Below, piece by piece: positions 53,442 to 64,000 of a stretch of DNA of 64,000 nt. Under the pieces are notes generated by a model, which did no database searches, was not told the DNA's origin, and saw only the letters and a list, made by a program, of their open reading frames with translations. Positions within the stretch are counted from its first letter, which is position 1; every line of letters begins with the position of its first letter. The stretch is from NCBI GenBank assembly GCA_028534125.1, contig CM052816.1, positions 83,826,001-83,890,000 on the forward strand, given 5' to 3'. The translations under genes and the position numbers were made by a program. This DNA comes from Lama glama (Eukaryota).

Positions 53442-53969
53442 AACTTCAAAACCTTCAGGATCCCCGTTAGGAAGCAGCGGGATGAGCAGGCTGGCCAGGT
53501 CTGTCAGGGGCTTGCTGAGCAGCAGCAAGTCTTCGGCGGCAGGAGCGCTCCCTCCTGAGCCGGACTGCGGAGCCTGCAGCGCCAGCCGCACTACCGCGGA
53601 GAGGGAGGTCAGCTTGCCGTGCAAAATACCAAGCCGGGAAAACCGCAGCGCGGCGGCTGTCTCCTTGCTGTTTTTGTTGTCCACGTCCAAGCACTGTGTG
53701 GCAGTTTTGGGGAACAGGCGACAGGCATGACCAACCAGTCCTTGTTCATAAAGGAGCTTCGTCTTTGAATCTTTGCAGGCAACCAGATTGTTGAGCAATG
53801 CAATCACACTTTGCATGATGTTACCCAGAATGTTCTCCTAATGTTCCAGAATTGCTTCAAAAATGCGTGGGATCAGTTTGCTTTCTTCCACAAGTCTGTT
53901 GAAAGACAGGTTGTGTTCTGTCACGGCAACCAGCGGCTTCAGGGAGTATGAGGGTACCGGGGTGGGCTG
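53442..53969 (-). pseudogene. ULK4: Processed (intronless) ULK4 pseudogene fragment, C-terminal HEAT/ARM region
   Basis: One frame reads PVPSYSLKPLVAVTEHN...RLVEESKLIP.IFE..LEH*ENILGNIMQSVIALLNNLVACKDS...LLYEQGLV...CLDVDNKN...VRLALQA..SGSG....AAEDLLLL.KPLTDL.SLLIPLLPN.DPE.FEV, matching the ULK4 C-terminus as I recall it. In-frame TAG at 53838-53840. Continuous across what are several exons in the parent gene. Confidence 0.9.
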
Positions 53970-54016
53970 TGTCAATTGACAGAATGAGTCAAAAATGACC
54001 TCAAAATTGACACATG

Positions 54017-54045
54017 ATAATAATAATAACAACAATAATAATAAT
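54017..54045. repeat. (AAT/AAC)n tract, possibly a decayed poly(A) tail
   Basis: ataataataataacaacaataataataat. Confidence 0.8.
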
Positions 54046-54751
54046 ACACTTTGCAATGTGATATTGAATAGCAAGTGGAAATTATTGTGCAGACACAGGG
54101 TCTAATTGTTCAATCTTTTCAAATATAATTTTATTGGGCTTTAAGAGGAAACCATTCAGTAAGTCTTTCAAAGTTAAATTGGAATTTTGAATGTAAATTC
54201 CTTAAGTAGGAAAAACATGATTAAACTACCTAATTACATTCTGGTAGTGGATCACAAAGAAAAGGAACTTGAGTTGAAAATCTAAAAATGACTCACTTCA
54301 GTGCCCTGGAACAATATTACCAATTTTCTCTCCTTTCTCACTCTGGTTTAATTATATCTGCATAAGTACCCATTAAAAACAAACATCATAAATATTGTTT
54401 GATACAGTGAATATGCTTGATGGAAACAGAAAAGTCCTCCATTTTCTACGTTATAAATCTCAATTCATTCTTAAAGATTCAGTGCTAATGTCTCTCTGTC
54501 CTTAAACTGGCCATGTGTTCTTACTTTACTGGCTCCAGAAGCACTTTATACATAAATATAATTAACTTTTTACCTCAAGTCATTAACTGTTTATGAATTT
54601 TCTTTATCTTTTCCCCCAGCAAGGTATACAGAATATGAAATATAATGAAGTCAGATATATATAACTTTTATCGGCTTACATTTCTTTATAAAAATGACTT
54701 TGAGAGAATATGTGAAATAAAAATAATTAAATCAACTGTGGTGATTTTATA

Positions 54752-54786
54752 TGTGTGTGTGTGTGTTTGCGTGTGTGTGTGTGTGT
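54752..54786. repeat. Interrupted (TG)n microsatellite
   Basis: Read directly from the sequence. Confidence 0.9.
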
Positions 54787-56299
54787 AGCTAGCAATATAA
54801 TTAGGAAAATTATTGAATATTGGATATTTTAAAAATAACTATTACTAAACTAATCCAGTTAAATATCTTTTTCCAGAAATCGAAAGACTGTAAAATAGAA
54901 TTAGAAGACAATTAAACCAAAATCAAGTATGTAATCTATATACATTCCCACTTAATTACTTATTAATTATATGTGTATAAATAATATATATGAGCTACAT
55001 ATATACAAACAGATCGATATACATAGATACACACATATCTATACATACATGTATAAATAGCGTGTGTGTGTGCGTGTGCGTGTGTTTGTAATGAAGACAC
55101 ATACATTGTGTTTATGTGTGGCTGAACTGTCCCTCCTCTGGTCAAAATCCTTTCCTGATTTCTTAAATGGATAATGCCTACTGGGTTAATGATAACTGTA
55201 TAATAGTTATCAAAGTGCCCAGTAAGGTAAGCATTTTTACTAAATGAACGGTTGTGTTGGGAAGTTCAGGTCCCCTTTTCTTCTGAGAATTCCAATCGAT
55301 ATTAAGCTGAGTGAGCCATTACCTGAGTCTTGGCCATTTTTACCTTTCATGATTTTTCACTTTATTACTCTTTCAAATTTTGTTTCTGTGTAAATGGATA
55401 TTAAAAAATATGGCCTTATGTGTACACATTTAAAATGGGAAAATGGGAAATTTTGACAGCTGATGTAAACCACTGAGACAGCATTTAAATAGCCACAAAA
55501 ATCCTTTAATAGATGGTTAGTCATTCCTGCAAAGATGATTTTTCATTTTGATTCAACACCATAGTCGTTCCCCAAAAAGATTACATTTCAGAAGTTCTGA
55601 TGGATTTGGCAGATCATAGAGCATTGTATTATATGAATGGAGGAATGTAGTAAATATAGACTATATTTCATTTATTATTTTGTGTAAGTAATTTTAAATA
55701 GGTGTGCCTTTTATAGAACATAATTATACCCCAAATATTTGTAGTTTAAAATCATAATTCCTTATGAATTATTCAATAGTAGAAACTGAATAATATTTTT
55801 GAAAAGCCAAAAAGAATTTCTCTATAGTTACTTAAATCCAAAATGAGGAAATACATTTCCTTCAAACTTCCTGAATTATTTCATTCTAGGTTAAGAACCA
55901 ACATGATGAAGTTTATCCCCAAAGGTACTCAGTGGAAAAGCTATAAGCCATGGAAAATGGGGCTTAAATTCAAAGTGCCATCTCAGAAAGCGTAATAAAA
56001 ATAGATTTTCAGTCTGCCCCAAACACAAATAGTAATGCCATAAAATATGAAATATTGGGAGTATGGTATTGCTCTCTTTAATTTTTATAGTGGAGTTTTT
56101 CTCAGGTCTTCCCCTATGCTAGAAAATAACCTTACATCCTGTGAAAGTCATCCACTTCTTTTAGCAGACCTGGAGACTTGGATGACGTCCCAAAACATGT
56201 GAATGAAAATATGCAGTGACTTTGAAGTTGGAATACATTGTTGCAAATTATATTACCCTCCCCAAAAGAATTTAAAATGCCAAATAATTAGAAATCATT

Positions 56300-56827
56300 A
56301 TTTGAAATGACCCTTGATGGAATAATCAATCTACATGTAATCAACAAGGGGGGAATTGGAAGGGCCCAGACTGACAGACTTTATTTTATGGCTATAAGAA
56401 CCTATTTCCTACCATTGCATCATACCTGTCAAGGAGCACCCTCACATGTGGGGGTCAGTGATTCAATCTGGCATCATTTTGCTCTACCTCCTACTTGCAG
56501 TGATTCATTGGAATGAAGATTCAGGTAAGATTAAGGGAGTGGGGTTGGGTTACATACAGTAGGTATCCTGGATCATGGGTTTCTAGACCTACTGCCAGTA
56601 TGATGATTGTGTGTGCCTGTGTGCATGTTTGTGTGTGTGCGTGTGCGTAAACGTATGTTTCCCCTGCTCTGTTAGGACATGATTCCATCATTCCTTTGTT
56701 GCTGTCATAAATTTCTTTCCATGCAGCACTCATCTGCAAGCCACACTCCCATATGTAACCAAATTAAATTGCCTGTTAATCAGTTCCTTGCGATAGGCAC
56801 CCACTCTGTCTCATTGTTTTCCTGACA
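56300..56827 (+). mobile_element. Possible ancient LTR
   Basis: Ends attaaa...ctctgtctcattgttttcctgaca, resembling an LTR U5 end. Family not recognised. Confidence 0.3.
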
Positions 56828-58239
56828 CCAAGTTTTATAACATAAATCATGATGCTGTATAATTTTTCTATTAACACATATCAATTAACATCCATTAGGC
56901 AACACCCCCAAAAGAGCAATATCAGAGAGTTTCCAAGGTTTCATTCTGTGATAACCACACATGTCACAGGAATAGCAGCTCTGACGCTATTTACTACAAC
57001 TAAGTTTGTGATAGAACTCACACTTCTGTTTTATTTTATAGGGACGGGTAAAGTGTGGGAAACTTAAAATCACTAGGACAATCATTTTTGATATTTCCAA
57101 CAGAAGAGTTACCATATGCCAGATATGGGCCCTTATTAAACATTTAACTAATGAATTTTATCAGAAACAATTCTAGTGAATTCCAACAAAAATGATGTTC
57201 ATTTCTCATGGCCAGTTATGGGAATTTCCTCAACTGTTCTTTAGTAATGCCAACTAGATCAGTAAATTGCAGCCAAAATGATTTTTCAGACCAAGTGAGG
57301 CTGACTCTTTCAAATTGTTTTCTAAGCATACTACAGAGATATCTGCTCTTCATAAAAATAATTTCTCTGGTCAGAGTTTTGTGTCAAGTATCTGGGGCTA
57401 TAAAAAGATAGTGCACATTATATCACACACAGCGAAGGCGCTGGCCGCCAGAGCCTTTTTGCTTGGATTTGCTATGTTCGAGGCCTTATTTTATGTGACC
57501 CTGGTATAGGCAGGGGTTTCTGAATAAAGGGCATTCCTTAGGGTAACAACCCCAGGGCCAGTCTGTCACTCAGAGAGAGCTGCACTGAGGTTGCTTCCCT
57601 ATTCAACATCAGGTTTCCCATAGACCAGTTGGTTCCATGTTTGGAACATAGTAACTAATTTTGTTGTAAATATTGAGAATGGTTTTCAGTAATTTAAAGT
57701 CTCCCAGCTTTTAAGATAAAAGGTTATACCTAAAACTAGTTACGACTTAACACAATCAGTATCCATGGATATCTATGATTTTTATGATTTTGTTCTCTCC
57801 ATCCTGACTTAGTAATGAGGATGTTACTGATGTGGTAGCCTCTTGGACACTTCCAAGACTACGAATGTCCCGTAAAGTTTATAAGTTGATTCTAATTCTT
57901 CAGTCAGTTTCTATTGCTTCTACAGTCCCAGTGACACTGTTTTGAAGAGATGTCTTAAAGATATAGAAAAATTTTTTCCTTTTAATTTTTAAAAAATTTT
58001 ACTGATTTATTACCAGGTTGAAAATCCAAATTACACTGAACTGAGAGCCTACACAAAGAAGGTTTGTAAGAATAGGAAATTTTCTCAGAAATTAATATAT
58101 GGAAATAAGTTTCAATATTTTTCCTTATAGAAAGCATTAAAACACTGCAAGCCTGTATTGTAATGTACCTACTAGAATATGATGGTACAGGTCATTAGCA
58201 AGGTTACTTCTGTTCATAAGGATTCTCTAATTTGTCTAC

Positions 58240-58351
58240 CAATTTTAATCAGGTATAAATGGCAAATAAAATTGTAAGAAATTTAAAGTGTACATGTGAT
58301 GATTTGATATACTGGGTTAGAATCCCCCATCTAATTAACATATCTTTCATG

Positions 58352-58390
<39 letters not shown>

Positions 58391-58520
58391 TATATGTACA
58401 ATATATATATGCTGTATGTATAACATTTATATATATGAGGACATTTAAGTTCTATTCTTAGTAAACACTGATGTTGTTTTATTTGTACTAAGTAGTCATT
58501 GTTTTTATATCCCTGGAGGC
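58240..58520 (-). mobile_element. L1MA-like 3' end with an internal (TA)n expansion
   Basis: aaatttaaagtgtacatgtgatgatttgatata...gaggacatttaagttctattcttag. (TA)n at ~58356-58382. Confidence 0.75.
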
Positions 58521-58619
58521 TCAGTGCCTCAGAGAGACTTTCTGGGTGTTTTTTCTTCCCTATTTCTACATATAACCATTTACTGCAATAATATGACAAA
58601 TGTCTTGTTTGTTTGCTTA

Positions 58620-59425
58620 AATAGATTTTATTTTAGGGCAGTCTAGATTCATAGCAAAATTTGGCAGGAAGTACAGAGAACTCCCACAAACACCTGACCC
58701 CCCAACCCCAAACGCAGAATCTCCCCCACTATCAACAATCTACATCAGAGTGGTTAATTGAACCTATATTGACACACAAACATTATTCAATGCTCTTAGT
58801 TTACATTACGGTTCATTCTGGTGTTGTAATCACTATAGGTTTTTACATATGTGTAATGATATATATGCATCTTTGTAGTATCATGCAGAATAGCGTCACT
58901 GTCCTAAAAAAGTCTTTGTATTCCACCTATTATCTTTTCTTCCCCCGCAACCCCTGACAATCTCTAAACCTTTATGTCTCCATAGTTTTGCCTTTTCCGG
59001 AATGTCATATGGATGAAATCACACAGAATTCTTTCCAGATTGACTTCTTGAACTTAGAATTATGCATTTCAGGTTTCCTCCATGTCTTTTCATGGGATGG
59101 TTGTACACTTCTTTTTACTGCTAAATAGCATTCCATTGTCTGGATGTTTCACAGTTAATTTATTCACCTACCAAAAGACATATTTGCTTCCAAGTTTTTG
59201 CCATTCTGGATAAAGCCACAACAAATATTCATCACAGGTTTTTGTGAGAGTATAAGTTTTCAGCTCATTTGAGTAAGTACCAAGAAGTGCGATGGCTGGA
59301 TCACACGGTAAGAGTATATGTAGTTTTGCAAGAAACTGCCAAACTGTCTTCCAACGTGGCTGCTCTACCTTGCACTCCCACCGGCAGTGAATGAGGCGCC
59401 CTGCTGCTACACATCCTTATCAGCA
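58620..59425 (-). mobile_element. L1MB/L1MC 3' region
   Basis: agattcatagcaaaatttggcaggaagtacagaga...ttttgccttttccggaatgtcatat...aagaaactgccaaactgtcttcca...ctcccaccggcagtgaatgag. Confidence 0.9.
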
Positions 59426-59434
59426 CAATTTGCA

Positions 59435-59762
59435 GTATCCAGGTTTGTTCAAGATAATCACTAGGGTTCTTCTAAGAGAGAGGCAAGAGGGTCAGAAGTG
59501 AAGAAAAACACGTCATGATGGGAAGCAGAGGGCGGAGTGATGTGGACAGAGTCTGAGGAATGCAGGCAGCTGCTGGATGCTGGACACTGCACAGGACAGA
59601 CTCTCCTCCAGAGCCTCCACGGCTCTGCTGAAAGCTTTGTTTCATCCTGGTTAAACCTCTTTCAGACTTCTGACTGTGAGACGGTGAGAAGTCTAGCAGT
59701 TTGTTTAAAGACCCTGAGCCTGTGGTGATTTGTTGCAGCAGCAGCAGTAGGAAAGTAACACC
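59435..59762 (+). mobile_element. MaLR LTR (MLT1C/D-like), 5'-truncated
   Basis: ggaatgcaggcagc...ccagagcctcca...cagacttctgac...tgtggtgatttgttgcagcagc...aggaaagtaaca. Confidence 0.85.
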
Positions 59763-61689
59763 ACCAGTGAATTTCACAGCTGGGTGAGATCTGTGATTGG
59801 TGAGCCCGCTGCACAGGACAGCCCTCTTTACCAGTCACTGTATTTCCACTAAATGTCATAGAGATTACTTACCAAAAAAAACCTTATTTGGCATCTTAAG
59901 AAGTCTTGAAATTATATCACTTTTTAATATATTTCTTAATATGCAAAATCAAGTATACTCTGCCTGTGAGTACATGTGTGTTTGTGTGTATATGTGTACA
60001 CTTTTGTTTTAAAAAATAACCCATGTCTCACCGTGGCAGGGATGTGAGTCTAGTAATTTTATCATTTCTTATTTCCAGTGTCACGTCCTCTATTTTCACA
60101 GATATTTGTCTCTCCATGGTAACTTCAATTTCTTATGTTCTGAACCTAACACACTCTGGTCAAAGTTTTAAGAGTAAGAAGACACCAAAATTCCCATGAT
60201 TATAAAATAGATTTAATTGACTGCATGTATAGAGCTGTGAAGAAAGATTAAATTAATTTTCTAACTTTATTTATTACATTTTCACCTAAAAATAGGTCTA
60301 AAACTATCTTTTGGAGTCAAGCTTTTCAATTTGGCATCATTTTTACATAGGATCTTCAAATCATTTTTTATATCCAAATCCTCTATAATGTGGGAGTTGG
60401 TGCTTATAAAATGATATTTATTAAAGTGAAAATATTTGCTGGAAATTTTAAATCTAAATAAATGTTTTTGAATGCTATTATATAATACAGAGATGGTAGG
60501 AAAGTTTGCAGCCTATGCAGTGTAGAATTTATCCTGTAGCGAACATTAGTGGGCCACAATGTAGCAAACTCATATTTATACACAGTCTGCAGTTCATGCT
60601 TGATAACGGGTGTATTTTCACAGTCACACCATTCTTATTTTATTTGAAGCAACCGGAATTGTTTCAAAATTTTAAATTTCTGAAATATTTGTATTGTTTT
60701 AAAGATACGTGCATCCTTCTCAGGCCTTGAGGAAAAGAGTAAATTCTATTTTCCCTTTACTCCCTATCTGGATGTCTGGAGTAATTTTGCTTCAATCGCC
60801 ACTTTGAAAGTAAGAGGTCTTGTCATTACCTTCCATCCGCTGAAAGCAATGAAGCATTACAATTCTCTGTCCATCCTATTAATAGATTTGCAACTGAAGC
60901 AAAAGAAATTTAAGGCCTTTCACAGATCTTGGAGAATTTTACAACAGTATCACCAGCAAAAGGCCCTAGAAAATAGCACACAAAGCATAACATACTTTTT
61001 GATATGATAGAAAATTTACAGTGCTTATCAAACTCTTTATACTGATATAGCATTTTTTTTTCTTTTTCAAGCTACAACACAACGGATAAATGCTCTTTTA
61101 CTCATATTTTGAAATTAAGAGGAAATGTTTTAAACTGACAACAGTAAGAGAACAAATGAACATTTTAATAAAGAACATATAATTTGAAGTGAATAAAAAT
61201 TTCCTTTGGAATTCTATCCCATGAATGTAGAATAATTATTATTTTCAAAATGAAAATTTATAGGGAGGAATAGTGATTGTCAATTATATCAATTAGTTCT
61301 TTTTCTTTACTGTAATTTCTCAAATTTACATTCAAACAAATCAATCAATCTTTTTAAAGCTTGAACTTAATATAATTATGGAAAGTACCTAAATAACTTG
61401 CCTCTTAGATTGGCTCTGCAGATTCCAACTAAGCCAACTGCTCGCTATACACTACTGAAGATGGAATAGTGACATAAATAGAGACCAAGTTATGTTGCTC
61501 CACTTGTAAGCAGGATATTTATAAATTACGCAGATAGTGGGTATTTTATTTTCTCTCCTACATTTGTTCTACACTCTCACTAGCCAAACCTTAGCTTTCC
61601 ATGGGATACGATTAAATCTGATCCACAATCCGAAGGGTGGTCTCTAAGGGGCTGAATTTGGGGCTATCAATCCAGGATGTGGCGGCAGA

Positions 61690-61828
61690 GTATTTGAAAA
61701 GATTTTTTTTTTTTAATATTCAGGTTTGGGAATTTGATTGAGTAGATCTAGGAGGAGATTCCCAGTATCAATATGCTTTTAACGTCTGTATAGGATTCTA
61801 ATATAAAACCAACATGAAAACCACTGAA
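61690..61828. mobile_element. MER5-like hAT MITE fragment
   Basis: tttgattgagtagatctagga...tgcttttaac...gattctaat...tgaaaaccactg. Confidence 0.55.
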
Positions 61829-63519
61829 TTAAACTATTTGATCGAATCCCATCAATCTTGTCAGGGTGATTGGTTTGGTATATACCTTCTTAAAGGAAGC
61901 TGTGGAATAAGATGCGTTATTCAGCATGCAAATTTTGATACAAGATTAAGTATCATGCGGAATTGAGAACATTGGTAAGTCTGGAGCACAAATTGTCTTT
62001 CCTCCTCTTAAAAGTTTGGAGTATAAATATAGTACATAAAATTGCTTCAGTCACTTCGAGGATGAAGCCAGCCCGAGGAGTGATCAAATCCCGAGAGGAT
62101 CACAGAAATGTTGATTTAGTCATGATTATGCATCACTTGCAATATATCCAACCTTAATTATTTGCAGTTAAGCCTATAACAAAAACACTTTTCTTTTTTG
62201 ATTGAATTTGAGTTAATATTCTAGCACATCAAATTTACTCAACTGATATAAAAATAGAAGTCTTTTAGACCTTGCCTTGTCATTTAATATTGCTTCAAAT
62301 TATGTTTTTAGTCTTGTGCATTATGTTCATTCTTAATTATAAACTGTATCCTATTCCTTCACGAGGACTGCTATATTTAATCTAGCCAGAAAAGGAAAGT
62401 ATGTAAATAGAGTAGAAAATAACCCTCCATGGTAGTATGAAAATATCTCAGAGTAAAACAGAAGAATCCCCTCCATGGTCAGAAGAGAAAAAAACATAGA
62501 CACAGGACAAGATTGTATACCACTGCTGCTATTATTCACCAGAATATCTTGTATTTGATCTGTGCCATGGAGAAAAACATAATTATAAATATTGGAAGTT
62601 AAGTTACACACTTTTAAATGATTTCTTACATCAAATTAACTATAATGTTATTTCAATAAAATATATTGATCTTGAAAATATCTAGGTATAAAATAAGTAC
62701 TGAAAATATTACCTTTCTATGTAAGCAACTAGGTAATGTAACACAGTACAAAGTAAAACAAATTTTAAAAATGTAAAATTGTTCATTATATGTAGGAGAA
62801 TTTTAAAATATTTTATATACACAAGGAAGTATATGATGAAGTCGTAGAAGCTTTAGGAAAATTTTTTCTTTTTCATTTTGGGAAGTTTTACATAAGATCA
62901 GAAAATAATTTATAATAAAATATATTGTGTGATTTTTACATGCTGTCAAAACTATCTAGAAAAAAATAAGTAAAATTAAATTGAAATAAAATACTTACAA
63001 GAAATAGATCCAAACCTTACTGTTGCCAAGCCTTATTGAGATGTGTTCAAAAGATATCAAGAAATACTTCAGAAAAAATAATGACAATATCTAGAACTTA
63101 ACACTAGTCATTTTCGTAATGAGTTGCAAATTCCCCAATAAGAGACTATTTTCACATGTGGAAATCACAATATTTATAATTATTAAATACATAAGTAACA
63201 CACTAAAGTTTTCAGGAAATAGATACTCTCTTACACTGCTGGCAAAAGTCTCTTCAAAATAAAATAGAGTAGAATGAAACAACTGATGATATATATACAT
63301 ATATATATATTAAATAATACAAGTTAGGTATGTTCTTTGACTTTTTGTTCTATTCAGTATACTGCGCTTTACCATGTACTCACTCACACATGCACCCATG
63401 CATGTGATTTCTCTTTGAGTTTAGATTATACATGATTTATTTTTATGATCGAGTCATATTTTTGGAATTATCTATAGTATCATATTATTAACTTCTATCA
63501 GAATAAGCTATAAAAAGGA

Positions 63520-64000
63520 ATTCTTTCTTTCCTTGGACTCCCACTAGAATCTACCTCCAAATTATATTTGATTCCATTCTTTTCATTTTCACTCTTTGTC
63601 TCTTAATCTGGGCTCTTATTATTTTTAATTTAGATAGCAGTTAAGCTCCTCACCTCCCTTTTTCATCTCTTCTGAACTTTCAATTAATTTCTGAGACTCT
63701 CATCTGTTCAACATACTTTTGGAAGCCTGGTAAATCAGACAGATAAGGTCCCTGGCTTCATGAAATTTACCATTCCATGATTCAGACAATAAACAGGTAA
63801 ACAGGTTAAAAATACAGAAAAAATTGATAAACAGATGTAAAATTACACATTGAGTAATATGCTATGAATTTAACCAAAAAAGATTCTAAAATGGATATTA
63901 AAAAGTCATGTCAAATAAAAAGAAATTTAGTGAAGGACTTAATATAAGCCTTGAAAGATGGAAAGACAAAAAATATAGGCAGACTTATGATCAATGAATT
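63520..64000. mobile_element. L2 fragments
   Basis: tctgggctcttattattt...tagatagcagttaagctcctc (+) and cagataaggtccctggcttcatgaaatttaccattc (-). Confidence 0.55.

Noticed and set aside
53412..53816. 134-aa ORF as a true ULK4 exon or intact retrogene
   Set aside because: No splice sites or introns, an in-frame stop immediately upstream, radical substitutions, and a C-terminus running into poly(T).
62050..62110. Three CGAG(G)A-containing motifs, a possible small RNA
   Set aside because: No convincing box C/D or H/ACA arrangement or terminal stem.

Overview
AT-rich, repeat-dense mammalian genomic DNA with a 500-N assembly gap (27470-27969). I found no intact protein-coding gene, tRNA, rRNA or CRISPR array, and almost all listed ORFs are chance ORFs or transposon remnants. 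The L1 3' ends and a Tigger1 deletion derivative point to a cetartiodactyl, most likely a camelid (inference from remembered consensus sequences). Two retrocopies stand out. (1) A processed ACTB pseudogene (~24081-24990) with a twin-priming 5' inversion. (2) An intronless, strongly CpG-rich antisense fragment of ULK4 (~53442-53969) joined tail-to-tail, through a poly(A) run and a stuttered junction, to an unidentified ~740-bp 3'UTR-like segment; this may be a chimeric retrocopy. The rest is nested L1/L2/MIR/MaLR/ERV/Tigger/hAT relics, microsatellites, a diverged local duplication, and a few candidate regulatory sites (CTCF-like motif, AP-1+STAT cluster, two splice-site-flanked candidate exons). 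I see no convincing evidence of a new functional biological system. Repeat subfamily names come from memory, not a database search, and boundaries without TSDs are approximate.
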